DNA of 64,000 bases, taken from assembly GCA_002010065.2 (NCBI GenBank), contig MTMD02000002.1, positions 556,740 through 620,739 of the forward strand, read 5' to 3'. Of the stretch, positions 34,501 through 44,163 are shown one piece after another. Each line of letters begins with the position of its first letter. The stretch's first letter is position 1. The notes under the pieces were generated by a model. It made no database searches, was not told the DNA's origin, and saw only the letters and a list, made by a program, of their open reading frames with translations. The DNA comes from Candidatus Pyrohabitans jungbluthii (GTDB taxonomy: Archaea > Hydrothermarchaeota > Hydrothermarchaeia > Hydrothermarchaeales > BMS3B). The position numbers were made by a program, and so were the translations under genes.

Positions 34501-35784
34501 ATGCTTATAAAGAATGCGAAAATTGCTACGCCGAGTGGCATAATCTCTGGTGAGATACTCATCGAGGGGGAAAAAATCGCTGCCGTTGGAAAAGCCATTA
34601 AGGCGAGGGGGGAAGAGAAGCTCAACCTTAAAGGAAAGCTGGTAATCCCAGGCATAGTCGACATGCACGTGCACATGCGCGATTTTACCGAAAGGCATAA
34701 GGAAGACTTAACCAGCGGAAGCAGGGCAGCGCTCGCCGGTGGGGTTACCACCTTCTTTGAGATGCCAAACACAAGGCCAGCGATAACCACTGCTTCAACC
34801 TACCAGCGACGCTTAGCCCTCGCTAATCGGAAATCACTGGTAGACTTCGGCATATACTTCGGTGTTACTAAGGAGAACCTTCCAGAGCTTGCCAAGCTCT
34901 CACCCAAAGCTTGCAAAATTTACCTCGACGGCACTCTTGGTGAGGTGGATTACACCACCGTAGAGGAGGCTCTTAAAATAGCAAGCTTCGTGGCGGTGCA
35001 TGCTGAGGACGGCGCAACGATAGCGCGCAATATGAAGAAAATCAAAAGCGTGGGAAACGACTTCACAAAGCACTGCGAAATTCGAAGTCCGGAGGCTGAG
35101 AGCATCGCCGTGGAGAAAGTTGCCCAGATTGCCGCGAGGTTAAAAAAGAGGGTGCACATCTGCCACATCTCAGCTGCAAAGGCTTTAGATTATCTCAATG
35201 AGCACACCACCTGTGAGGTTACCCCGCATCACCTTCTTTTAACCAGAAAAGCCCTCGCAGAAATGGGAAGCTATGCAAAGACCAATCCTCCGCTGCGCTC
35301 CACTGGCGATGTAGCAGCGCTGTGGAGTGCGCTTAAAGAGGGCAGAATCTCATGCATAGCCAGCGACCATGCTCCTCATTCGCTTGCGGACAAAGATGAT
35401 AGCCCTCTCGAGGCAGCCTCAGGCATTCCCAATCTTGAGACAATGCTTCCACTCCTCCTCACCATGGTAAACAGGGGAAGGCTGAGCGTGAGCGAGCTGG
35501 TGAAGCTCTGTTGCGAGGCGCCGGCAAAGCTCTTGGGGCTTGAGAATAAGGGTTCCATTCTTCCTGGTAAAGACGCTGACCTTGTTGTTGTGGACATGCG
35601 CCGCGAAGGTGTGGTTAGCGCCGAGGATTTCCACTCGAAGGCGAAATATTCCCCCTTCGAGGGGTGGCGTCTCCGTGGAGCCGTTGATACGGTTCTACTG
35701 CGCGGAGAAATAGCATACCAGGATGAGGACTTTCTTGTTAAGCCCGGATATGGCAAGCCTGCGCTAGGGCTCCTCTCGCACTGA
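34501..35784 (+). CDS. pyrC: Dihydroorotase
   Basis: DMHVHMRD, GGVTT..EMPNT, HAED, CHIS, CEVTPHHL, KTNPPLR, ASDHAPH. Confidence 0.92.
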   Translation: MLIKNAKIATPSGIISGEILIEGEKIAAVGKAIKARGEEKLNLKGKLVIPGIVDMHVHMRDFTERHKEDLTSGSRAALAGGVTTFFEMPNTRPAITTASTYQRRLALANRKSLVDFGIYFGVTKENLPELAKLSPKACKIYLDGTLGEVDYTTVEEALKIASFVAVHAEDGATIARNMKKIKSVGNDFTKHCEIRSPEAESIAVEKVAQIAARLKKRVHICHISAAKALDYLNEHTTCEVTPHHLLLTRKALAEMGSYAKTNPPLRSTGDVAALWSALKEGRISCIASDHAPHSLADKDDSPLEAASGIPNLETMLPLLLTMVNRGRLSVSELVKLCCEAPAKLLGLENKGSILPGKDADLVVVDMRREGVVSAEDFHSKAKYSPFEGWRLRGAVDTVLLRGEIAYQDEDFLVKPGYGKPALGLLSH

Positions 35785-36300
35785 ACCCCTCTCCCTCTCT
35801 CGCGAGACCACTTCCTTCAGCGAGGTTTTCGGCGTTACCTGCTTTCGTCTGCGCCTCTTTTTCTTCTCCTTCTTTTCTGGCTTAAAAATTGCTTTTATGT
35901 CCTCTTCATCGAGTTTGCACTCCTTGGCTCGCTCATAAATCTCGCGAACCCTCTTCTCTACCTTGAGCACTTCGTACACTAAAATAATCGCCGCAAGTAT
36001 AACCAGGATGTCGGCAGCTATACCCACGCTGGTGAATATCATTACCGCACCTATCACTGTAATCTCAAAGAGGAGAACTACAATGCTGGCGATTATTATC
36101 TTCTGGAAGTTTCTTACGGGGTTCTCCCTTATGAGAAGGTATGAGATAGCAAAAAGGAAAAAGAAGAGAGCAAGAACCTGCGGAAAGGATATGCCTTTAA
36201 TAAAGATACCTACAAAAAAGGTGACAACTAGCACTCCTATTAACATGAACAGTGCAGCGAGCACATAGCCAAGCACCTGAAAACCCTTCGACGCCTGCAT
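35764..36300 (-). CDS. Membrane protein (about 4 TM) with basic cytoplasmic tail
   Basis: Four hydrophobic segments then a KKEKKKRRRRK tail; GAGGTGG RBS. Confidence 0.7.
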   Translation of the reverse strand: MQASKGFQVLGYVLAALFMLIGVLVVTFFVGIFIKGISFPQVLALFFFLFAISYLLIRENPVRNFQKIIIASIVVLLFEITVIGAVMIFTSVGIAADILVILAAIILVYEVLKVEKRVREIYERAKECKLDEEDIKAIFKPEKKEKKKRRRRKQVTPKTSLKEVVSRERERGSVREEP

Positions 36301-36367
36301 CTACCACCTCTCCAAAAGCCAGATTTATATTGCGCTTATGTCTTTATAATTTATCAGGAGGTGTGGT

Positions 36368-36520
36368 ATGGATACCTTCGAGTATGAGGTAATTAACGTC
36401 AGGCACGCTAAAGAAAAAGGCATGCTTAGCCTGGAGAACCTTCTAAATAAAATGGGAAAAAAGGGCTGGGAGCTTGTGGGCATAGATGGAGACCACTATA
36501 TATTCAAGCGTAGGGTTTGA
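36368..36520 (+). CDS. Small DUF4177-like protein (50 aa)
   Basis: Hand translation MDTFEYEVINVRHAKEKGMLSLENLLNKMGKKGWELVGIDGDHYIFKRRV; AGGAGGTG RBS; LN..G..GWELV...FKR pattern; below the ORF-track cutoff. Confidence 0.75.
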   Translation: MDTFEYEVINVRHAKEKGMLSLENLLNKMGKKGWELVGIDGDHYIFKRRV

Positions 36521-36529
36521 GCTTTGAGC

Positions 36530-36730
36530 CTACCTGCTCGCCAACTTGATATCACTGGCTTTGACGGTCTTCCTCTTCGCGTGTTTGGCGAGCTTTCCAG
36601 CTTCGCTCGCGATCTCAGTGCCTATCTCCTCAAGCAGTTCAGCAAGCACAACCGCAGCGTCCCTGCCCACACGCATGTTTGTCGCTTTCCTGATAATCCT
36701 ACCACACGCAGCTACAGGTAATTCTCCCAT
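36530..36730 (-). CDS. Archaeal histone (HMf family)
   Basis: [20 protein letters not shown]...[18 protein letters not shown]. Confidence 0.95.
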   Translation of the reverse strand: MGELPVAACGRIIRKATNMRVGRDAAVVLAELLEEIGTEIASEAGKLAKHAKRKTVKASDIKLASR

Positions 36731-36795
36731 AAATCAACCACCTCATGATTATTTTTTAGTCTCATTCAAGATAAAGCTTTCGCTTAAAGAAATCG

Positions 36796-37698
36796 CTACT
36801 CTGCCTTTGCCTTTACCATTTTCTTTGAGTACTTTTGGACTATCTTCTCTGTGCTCACTATGTTCTTGTCCAGTCCAAGCTCCGCATATGGCTCAAGACC
36901 TAAAGCTAAGCCTATTAGCTGGGTGATGTAGAGCACTGGTATACCCAACTCCTCACCGTAGTGCTTCTCAATCTCAGGCTGCTTGGCGTCCAAGCTCATA
37001 TGGCACAGGGGACAAGCGACGATTATAGCCTGCGCTCCCGCTTCCTTCGCTTCCTTGATTATCTCGTAGCTCAGCTTGTGCATCGCCGCTTCGTTGCTCA
37101 CCATCACGGGTCCGCCGCAGCACCGTGTTTTTCGGGTAAAGGGCAGTACCGTAGCGCCCAAAGCCTGGATTATCTTGTCCATGCTGGTAGGGTTCTCCAC
37201 ATCGTCGAAGCTCTCCTTGCCTGGCGGACGGGTGATGTAGCACCCGTAGTAGGGCACAACCCTCAAGCCTTCCAACGGCTCAGCAACCTTCTCTGCGAGA
37301 GCCTCTATGCCCAAGTCATTGACCAGTACATCGAGAGGGTGCCTTACCTTTACCTCACCCTTTACCTCTAGACCCGTACCCTCGAGAGCCTTGTTGAGCT
37401 TTGCGCGATTCTCCTCACTTTCAAGCACGTACTCGCGAGTTTGCTTAAGGTTCTGGTAGCACGCTGGGCAGGGTGCGACAACCTCCTTACCCTGCGCCTC
37501 AGCGCGTGCAAGGTCGCGAGCCGGAAGAGCAAGCGAGAGGAGCTTGCTCGTGGCATGCGCCGCCGAAGCTCCGCAGCAGCTCCAGTCTTCGAGCTCCTCA
37601 AACTCTAAGCCTAAAGCAGTAAAAACACTCCTGAAGCTCAGGTCATACTCCCTAGCAGTAGCCTCCAGAGAACAGCCAGGGTAGTAAGCATAGCTCAT
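36796..37698 (-). CDS. hdrB: Heterodisulfide reductase subunit B
   Basis: YYPGCSL, WSCCGA, PCPAC, YYGCYITRP, RCCGG, ACPLCHMSLD, YITQLIGLALG. Confidence 0.92.
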   Translation of the reverse strand: MSYAYYPGCSLEATAREYDLSFRSVFTALGLEFEELEDWSCCGASAAHATSKLLSLALPARDLARAEAQGKEVVAPCPACYQNLKQTREYVLESEENRAKLNKALEGTGLEVKGEVKVRHPLDVLVNDLGIEALAEKVAEPLEGLRVVPYYGCYITRPPGKESFDDVENPTSMDKIIQALGATVLPFTRKTRCCGGPVMVSNEAAMHKLSYEIIKEAKEAGAQAIIVACPLCHMSLDAKQPEIEKHYGEELGIPVLYITQLIGLALGLEPYAELGLDKNIVSTEKIVQKYSKKMVKAKAE

Positions 37699-38267
37699 TC
37701 TCCAGCCTCCATCTTAGCCACGTTTTCGAATATCTTCTTAACCTCATCGCCACGGGCGATTTTCACCGGTTTAAAGGGCAACTTACCCTTTTTCATGAGT
37801 GTGATTCCAAAGGGGGCGTTCTTTAGAAGGTAGCCCAGCTTTGAGGCGATGCCCTCTCTGCTACCCAGTGTAGCCTTCAACAGAAGCAGAGGCTCAAATT
37901 GCCTTCCAAGATTAGCCACGATTTCGTTGAAGTTCCTGTAAAAGGACACTGCCCTTGGATTGGCAATGTTCGAGTTGTACCCCTCCTTCATGGCTATGCT
38001 CTTAAGCGCCGCCATTACCTCGGTTATCTTAACCTCTCGTGGGCATCGCACCTGACACTGATAACACGAGGCGCACAACCAGATGGTGCGACTGCTCAGC
38101 ACGCGATCGCGCATACCAAGGTTCACCATGCGGATTATTTGCCTTGGGGTATAATCCATAGCTGAGACAGTGGGGCAACCTCCACTGCAGGTACCGCACT
38201 GGTAGCATGCGGTAATGCCCTCGCCACCCGCTGCAATAACCTCACTCTTAAAGTCCACGCCAGACAA
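37695..38267 (-). CDS. hdrC: Heterodisulfide reductase subunit C
   Basis: CYQCGTCSGGCP, IWLCASCYQCQVRCPR; start refined to TTG 38267 after GGAGG. Confidence 0.9.
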   Translation of the reverse strand: MSGVDFKSEVIAAGGEGITACYQCGTCSGGCPTVSAMDYTPRQIIRMVNLGMRDRVLSSRTIWLCASCYQCQVRCPREVKITEVMAALKSIAMKEGYNSNIANPRAVSFYRNFNEIVANLGRQFEPLLLLKATLGSREGIASKLGYLLKNAPFGITLMKKGKLPFKPVKIARGDEVKKIFENVAKMEAGE

Positions 38268-38395
38268 AGTGATGCCTCCTAGCAGCTTTACGAATTTATC
38301 ATTATTGTTCATTATATACTTTTGCATAACATTAAAAAGTTTTCCATAATGAATATATTTGATGAGGTCAAAGTAGAGGCAAAGTATGCCACCAA

Positions 38396-38467
38396 GCCGG
38401 GGTAGTCTAGAGGCGAGGCGGCGGACTGCAGATCCGCTTTACGTGAGTTCAAATCTCACCCCCGGCT
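38396..38467 (+). tRNA. tRNA-Cys (GCA)
   Basis: Acceptor GCCGGGG/CCCCGGC + U73; anticodon arm GCGGA-CTGCAGA-TCCGC; T-arm GTGAG-TTCAAAT-CTCAC. Confidence 0.95.
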
Positions 38468-38492
38468 TTCACATTTTCTATTGTAATTTGTT

Positions 38493-40676
38493 ATGGTTGC
38501 AGGGAAAAATTTATTAGAGTGGGTGTTGGATTCTGAAATCACTATGGGAGAAGTTGACTGGCGGAAGCTCATGAGGTCAAAGAGATTCAAGCAGTTTTCT
38601 TTAGTTTTTGCCATCTTTCTCATCGGTTTTGCCACGCGTTACATAACAAAGCACCAGCTGCTCTTTGACCCAGACAGCTACTGGTGGTACCAGCTTGCCA
38701 TGTACTTCGCAGGTATAGACGACGGGCGATTGCAGTACTTTCACAAAGTGGGTGGAAAGACGATATATGAGCTAGCATACTACCCCACGGGTAGGGTACT
38801 GGAAAAGGAACTTCTCCTCCTTCCATTCACCATCGGCTTTTCATACAAAATTCTGGGCATTTTTGGCGCGCCTCAAACCCCAGAAGGACTTCTTAACTAT
38901 ATGTTTTTCTTTGGTCCCTTCTTCGGCGCCCTCACAGCTGTTTTGGCATATTTCCTTGGCAAGGAGCTTACTGGAAGTGATAAAGCGGGATTCGTTGCAG
39001 CGGTGTTCTATTCCTTTGCTCACTTTGCAATGACGAGAAACACAGCTGGCGATACTGGACAAGAGAGCTTGGGTAGTTTTTTCCTGTTTTTAATGGTCTA
39101 TCTGTTCATTGTCTCCGTGAAGCAAAAGGAATTGAAGCTTAACGTTGGCTATGCAATAGCTTCTGGAATAGTATTTCTGCTTGCTGCGAATACATGGGGT
39201 GGAACGAGCTTCTACTGGGGGTTGATAGCCTCTGCAGTTTTTGTATATCTCGCAGTTAACGTAGCGCTCAACCGTCCTTTAAAGGAGTACAAAAGCGTGT
39301 GCGTTAGTTTTCCTGTATTCATCCTCATCGGCGTTTTTATACCCTCACTCTTTGGTATCGGCAACTCCTATGTTATTGGAAAGATGAGTACCCACAATGT
39401 CTTCCAAAATCTATCTTACCTTATTGTGATCATCTGCCTCTTTTTGATAGGTTATGAGGAGTTGAGAAAAAAGAAAGAACTTTCGCTTCAGCCGAGGGTT
39501 ATTTTTCTTGGAACTATTGTGATTGTTGTACTTGGTCTTTTTGCCACTGGCAAGTTTGTTATATTTGAGAGGATCTCCGATTTTATATACAGACTCATTT
39601 TTGCCCCTGAAGAGAAGGGGCTAACTGGCAAAACCGTTGCTTACTACCGCTCCACTGGTTTTACGGAATTTAAAGGTACCTTTGGCGCACTACTGCTTGC
39701 GATCCCTGCAGGCTTTCTCCTAATAGGATATGATCTCTATAAAAAGAGGGAATTCACAAGCTTATTCATGATATTTTTCATGATCCTTGGCATAGTTGCC
39801 TTCAGGTGGATGATTAGGCTGTCATACCTCATGGCTTTCATCCTGCCCCTTTTCATTGCATTCCTGTTTGCCAGATATATAGACAAACAAAAGCCACAGT
39901 TGAAACATGCAAGACCTAAAAAGAAAAAAGATGCTCAAGAGAGCCAGGGCATGCGAAGGTTTAATATAGTAATAGGCTTCGCTGTGCTCCTCTTTCTTAT
40001 CTCTCCGATACTGGTTACAAGCATCCAATCACTCAAAGCTCAGAAGTTTGCAGACCAGAGCGTCATGCCTTGGAAGGATGCTGGTGAGTGGATTAAAAAG
40101 AATACTCCAGAAAACGCCTTGCTCATCCACTGGTGGGATTACGGCTACCACCTGCAGACCTTCGCCATACGAAGAACGATCGTTGATGGTGGTAATATAG
40201 GACCGATTATAACAGGCAAACATAGAAATATCGATGTAGCCAAAGCCTTCACGTCGCCTGAAGAGGATTTTTACAAATACATAGCTCCCTACAATCCAGA
40301 TAATCTGCCTATCTACGTCCTCGTAAGCGTGGAGGAATTCGGCAAAAGCGGGGCGATAAACTTCCATGCCCAGGATGAGCTCTTCATCAGCCCTTTCCGG
40401 GTACAGAGAACTGGCGACCCAAAAAGGGACAACGCAAATATTCAGGCAATCTTACAACGCTATGGGTTTACTACCTATGCGCTGGTTAACGCGGGCAACA
40501 GCTATATGATATGGGGGCTTCACCAGCGCGATGCTCGTGGCAACTACCACCCAGAGTGGGCGAATAAGGTCTTAGCCAAACTCCTGCCCTTCAACACAGG
40601 CATGGGCAAAGGAATGAAACATTTCAGGCTGGTTTATCATAATGGTTACGTTTATATTTACAGGTATATCCCCTGA
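38493..40676 (+). CDS. aglB: Oligosaccharyltransferase AglB (STT3 family)
   Basis: FDPDSY, many TM helices, WWDYGY, DGG, EEFGKSGAI (DK-like motif); start may be ATG 38544. Confidence 0.9.
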   Translation: MVAGKNLLEWVLDSEITMGEVDWRKLMRSKRFKQFSLVFAIFLIGFATRYITKHQLLFDPDSYWWYQLAMYFAGIDDGRLQYFHKVGGKTIYELAYYPTGRVLEKELLLLPFTIGFSYKILGIFGAPQTPEGLLNYMFFFGPFFGALTAVLAYFLGKELTGSDKAGFVAAVFYSFAHFAMTRNTAGDTGQESLGSFFLFLMVYLFIVSVKQKELKLNVGYAIASGIVFLLAANTWGGTSFYWGLIASAVFVYLAVNVALNRPLKEYKSVCVSFPVFILIGVFIPSLFGIGNSYVIGKMSTHNVFQNLSYLIVIICLFLIGYEELRKKKELSLQPRVIFLGTIVIVVLGLFATGKFVIFERISDFIYRLIFAPEEKGLTGKTVAYYRSTGFTEFKGTFGALLLAIPAGFLLIGYDLYKKREFTSLFMIFFMILGIVAFRWMIRLSYLMAFILPLFIAFLFARYIDKQKPQLKHARPKKKKDAQESQGMRRFNIVIGFAVLLFLISPILVTSIQSLKAQKFADQSVMPWKDAGEWIKKNTPENALLIHWWDYGYHLQTFAIRRTIVDGGNIGPIITGKHRNIDVAKAFTSPEEDFYKYIAPYNPDNLPIYVLVSVEEFGKSGAINFHAQDELFISPFRVQRTGDPKRDNANIQAILQRYGFTTYALVNAGNSYMIWGLHQRDARGNYHPEWANKVLAKLLPFNTGMGKGMKHFRLVYHNGYVYIYRYIP

Positions 40677-40689
40677 TTGAGGTGAATCC

Positions 40690-41979
40690 ATGAATATCTC
40701 TGTTATAGGTACCGGTTATGTTGGCCTAGTAACTGGAGCATGTTTTGCAGAGCTTGGAAATAATGTTATATGCGTGGATGTAGACGCTGAGAGAGTAAAA
40801 AAAGTAAATAAGGCAGAGGCACCGATTTATGAGCGTGGTTTGGACAAACTTCTTAAAAAACATGTGCCAAATGGAAAATTAAGGGCAACATTGGACATCT
40901 ATGAAGCCGTTAGGGATACAGATGTTACATTTATCTGCGTTGGCACACCCTCCGGGCTAATGGATTATATAGACCTCAAGTACGTGGAGCAGGTGAGCAG
41001 GGATATAGGGGGGGTACTAAAGGATAAGGATGATTTCCACGTGGTGGTGGTGAAGAGCACAGTAGTGCCAGGTACAACTGAGCATACAGTTACTCCTATA
41101 ATAGAGGAGTACTCAGGTAAAAAAGCTGGCAATGACTTCGGCATAGCCATGAATCCTGAATTTCTACGAGAAGGCAGCGCCGTTGAGGACTTCATGAATC
41201 CCGACAGAATCGTTCTTGGTTATACCGATGAGAAAACAGGTAAAATACTTCGAGAACTTTATAAAGATTTTACCTGCCCAATAATGGAAACCGATCCTAA
41301 AACCGCAGAGATGATTAAGTATGCCACCAACTCCTTCCTTGCAGTGAAAATCAGCTTCATAAATGAAATAGGAAACATCTGCAAACTTCTGGGCATTGAT
41401 GTATACGAAGTGGCTAAAGGTTTAGGCCTGGACCACCGTATCTCGCCTCACTTTCTTCGCGCTGGCTTGGGCTTTGGCGGAAGCTGCTTCCCTAAAGACG
41501 TTAAAGCTCTTGTGGGCAAAGCTAAGGAAGCTTACTACCGCCCAATCATCCTCAACGCAGCTCTTGAAGTTAACGAGTCTCAGCCTTTGCGCTTGATAGA
41601 ACTTCTTGAAAAGCGGGCAGGAAATTTGCGAGACAAAGACGTTACGGTGCTTGGACTTGCCTTCAAGCCAGGTACAGACGACATGCGTGAAGCTCCCTCC
41701 ATAAAAATTATTCATACTCTTCTTACGAAAGGAGCAAGAGTGCATGCCCATGACCCTAAGGCGATAGAGAATGCGAAGAAGATTTTTGGGACTCACGAGA
41801 GGCTGTTTTACTACAAAAAGGCAGAGGAAGCGGTGTCAAAAAGCAAGTACGTGCTTTTAGTCACTGAGTGGGACGAGTACAGAAAAAAGGAGCTTTATAA
41901 GGGCAAAGAAGTGTTCGACGGTAGGAGGGTGCTCGAAGCAAAGGAGCTGAGCGACTACTACGAAGGGATATGCTGGTGA
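40690..41979 (+). CDS. ugd: UDP-glucose 6-dehydrogenase
   Basis: GTGYVG, FICVGTP, KSTVVPGT, NPEFLREG, GFGGSCFPKD, GLAFKPGTDDMRE. Confidence 0.93.
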   Translation: MNISVIGTGYVGLVTGACFAELGNNVICVDVDAERVKKVNKAEAPIYERGLDKLLKKHVPNGKLRATLDIYEAVRDTDVTFICVGTPSGLMDYIDLKYVEQVSRDIGGVLKDKDDFHVVVVKSTVVPGTTEHTVTPIIEEYSGKKAGNDFGIAMNPEFLREGSAVEDFMNPDRIVLGYTDEKTGKILRELYKDFTCPIMETDPKTAEMIKYATNSFLAVKISFINEIGNICKLLGIDVYEVAKGLGLDHRISPHFLRAGLGFGGSCFPKDVKALVGKAKEAYYRPIILNAALEVNESQPLRLIELLEKRAGNLRDKDVTVLGLAFKPGTDDMREAPSIKIIHTLLTKGARVHAHDPKAIENAKKIFGTHERLFYYKKAEEAVSKSKYVLLVTEWDEYRKKELYKGKEVFDGRRVLEAKELSDYYEGICW

Positions 41980-41983
41980 GGTC

Positions 41984-43003
41984 ATGATCGAAGAGGACGT
42001 GGATGCTATAATCAGAGGGCTTGAGAAAGACAACATTTCTTTTGAAGATAGGAAAGTGCTTGTCACAGGCGGCGCAGGTTTTCTGGGCTCGTGGATATGC
42101 GACGTGCTTGTCAAGCAGGGTGCTGAGGTTACGTGCTTAGACAACTTCGCCAGTGGGTTGCGTTCAAATATAGAACATCTTATGGAGAAGGAGAATTTCA
42201 CCTTTGTGGAGCACGACATCTCTAAGCCCATCTTTTTCGATAAGCGCTTCGACTTAGTGATGCACCTCGCCTCTCGTGCTTCGCCCTTTGAGTTCGAAAA
42301 GTTCCCCATCCAGATATTAAAGGCAAATACTCTCGGGATATGGGTAGCCCTCGGCATTGCGAAAAAGCATCGTGCAAGATTTCTGTACGCTTCCACAAGC
42401 GAGGTTTATGGCAACCCCCCAGCGAGCTTCATCCCAACTCCTGAAACCTACAACGGCAACGTTAACCCTGTAGGACCCAGAAGCTGCTACGATGAAGCGA
42501 AGCGTGCCGGCGAAGCTTTTGTCATGGCTTATCGCTTGGAGCATGGATTGGATACCCGCATTGCTAGAATTTTTAATACATATGGTCCCAGAATGCGTGC
42601 CGGCGATATCTATGGTAGAGTTGTTCCCCGCTTTATAGAGCAGGCACTGAACAATAAACCCATAACAGTCTTTGGTACAGGTGAACAGACAAGGAGTTTT
42701 ACTTACGTGAGTGATGAAGTGGAAGGATTGCTCAGGCTAGCTGGTATCGAGGGGCTGGGGGGAGAGGTGGTAAATATAGGGAATAATAAGGAGACGACTA
42801 TTCTTGAGCTCGCCGAGCTTATAAAAAAGCTGTGTAATTCAAGCTCAGAGATAGTTTTCCTTCCTCTGCCAAAAGACGACCCTTTGCGACGCTGCCCCGA
42901 CATTAGCAAGGCGAAAAAACTTTTAAAATGGAAACCAAAGGTTTCACTGGAGGAGGGATTAAAGAAAACTATAGAGTGGTTCAAATATTATAGTAGCTCT
43001 TGA
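41984..43003 (+). CDS. UDP-glucuronate decarboxylase (UDP-xylose synthase)-like SDR
   Basis: [55 protein letters not shown]. Confidence 0.88.
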   Translation: MIEEDVDAIIRGLEKDNISFEDRKVLVTGGAGFLGSWICDVLVKQGAEVTCLDNFASGLRSNIEHLMEKENFTFVEHDISKPIFFDKRFDLVMHLASRASPFEFEKFPIQILKANTLGIWVALGIAKKHRARFLYASTSEVYGNPPASFIPTPETYNGNVNPVGPRSCYDEAKRAGEAFVMAYRLEHGLDTRIARIFNTYGPRMRAGDIYGRVVPRFIEQALNNKPITVFGTGEQTRSFTYVSDEVEGLLRLAGIEGLGGEVVNIGNNKETTILELAELIKKLCNSSSEIVFLPLPKDDPLRRCPDISKAKKLLKWKPKVSLEEGLKKTIEWFKYYSSS

Positions 43004-43925
43004 TCCACTCAATTTCCCTCTTCAGCCCCTCTTTTATATCGACGCGTGGATTATAACCAAGCTCCTTCTTGGCTTTGGAAATATCTGCATAGGTGTCTCT
43101 TACGTCGCCTTTTTGTTTTTCAATGTATTTTACTTTCGCTTTCAGTCCAGTAAGCTCTTCCAGAATCCTTATAACTTCGTTGATTGATATCCTGTTGCCA
43201 CCACCAATGTTGAATACTTCACCGCTTTTTGCATATTTTACCGCAAGAATGTTTGCTTCGACGATGTCCCGAACATATGTGAAGTCCCTCGTTTGCCTTC
43301 CATCACCATATACTACAATTTCGTCTTGCGTGAGAATCGCCTTTATGAATCTGTGAAATGCCATGTCTGGACGCTGTCTCTCACCGTAAACCGTAAAGTA
43401 GCGCAGAGATACTGTGGGCACGCCAAAGTTTTTCCAGTAAAGGTAGCAGAGGTGCTCACCTGCCAGCTTGCTCACGCCATAGGGGGAAACCGGACGTGGA
43501 TTGTCGGTCTCACGCATGGGCAGAGAATCTACGTCGCCGTAAACTGAAGAGGAAGAGGCATATACGAACTTTTTTATATTAGCATCCTTTACAGCCTCCA
43601 GCAGCGCCTGCGTTGCAAGAATGTTGCTGTCAGTGTATATCTTAAAGTTTTCTCCCCAGCTCGCTCTCACCCCAGCCTGCGCAGCCTGGTGAAAAACGTA
43701 ATCAGCGCCCTCAACTATCTCCTTAAGATTAAGGTTGTTAATGTCCTCCTCGATGAGCTGAAATCCCTCTGCTTCCAACAAATTTTCTATGTTCTTCTCC
43801 TTTATCTCTTTCGGGTAGTAATCTGAGAAGTTATCTATGCCCACGACCTCATGGCCTTCTTTTAGAAGCCTCTCAGCAAGGTGCGATCCGATAAAGCCTG
43901 CGCAGCCTGTTACTATTGATTTCAT
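42981..43925 (-). CDS. NAD-dependent nucleotide-sugar epimerase (UDP-glucuronate/glucose 4-epimerase-like)
   Basis: GCAGFIGS, QAAQAGVR, ASSSSVYG, YGVSK, YFTVYGERQRPDMA, GDVRDTYAD. Confidence 0.9.
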   Translation of the reverse strand: MKSIVTGCAGFIGSHLAERLLKEGHEVVGIDNFSDYYPKEIKEKNIENLLEAEGFQLIEEDINNLNLKEIVEGADYVFHQAAQAGVRASWGENFKIYTDSNILATQALLEAVKDANIKKFVYASSSSVYGDVDSLPMRETDNPRPVSPYGVSKLAGEHLCYLYWKNFGVPTVSLRYFTVYGERQRPDMAFHRFIKAILTQDEIVVYGDGRQTRDFTYVRDIVEANILAVKYAKSGEVFNIGGGNRISINEVIRILEELTGLKAKVKYIEKQKGDVRDTYADISKAKKELGYNPRVDIKEGLKREIEWIKSYYNI

Positions 43926-43947
43926 GGTTATACCACAATTTGTCGTG

Positions 43948-44154
43948 CTATAGATACCCCAAACCTCTCAGCCTCTCTTTGACCTGCTCCTCTTCTTCTT
44001 CGCTGTAGACCACCTCTGCCTCTTCTTCCTCATCTTTCAGTATTTCTTCGAGGACAAAATTCACGTACTCTTCCACAGAGCTGAATTCTTCGCTTTCGTC
44101 GACACGCTTCTTTATCTCTTCATATATCTCATCCTTTATCTCGATTTTTGCCAC
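43948..44154 (-). CDS. Small ribbon-helix-helix (CopG-like) protein with acidic RLxxLGY tail
   Basis: AKIEIKDEIYEEIKKRV...FSSVEEYVNFVLEE; tail EEEEEQVKERLRGLGYL; AGGTGG RBS. Confidence 0.8.
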   Translation of the reverse strand: MAKIEIKDEIYEEIKKRVDESEEFSSVEEYVNFVLEEILKDEEEEAEVVYSEEEEEQVKERLRGLGYL

Positions 44155-44163
44155 GCTACCACC

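Noticed and set aside
38396-38467. tRNA-Cys as the integration site of the glycan island
   Set aside because: No integrase and no duplicate of the tRNA 3' end were seen in the window; the adjacent aglB is a core gene.
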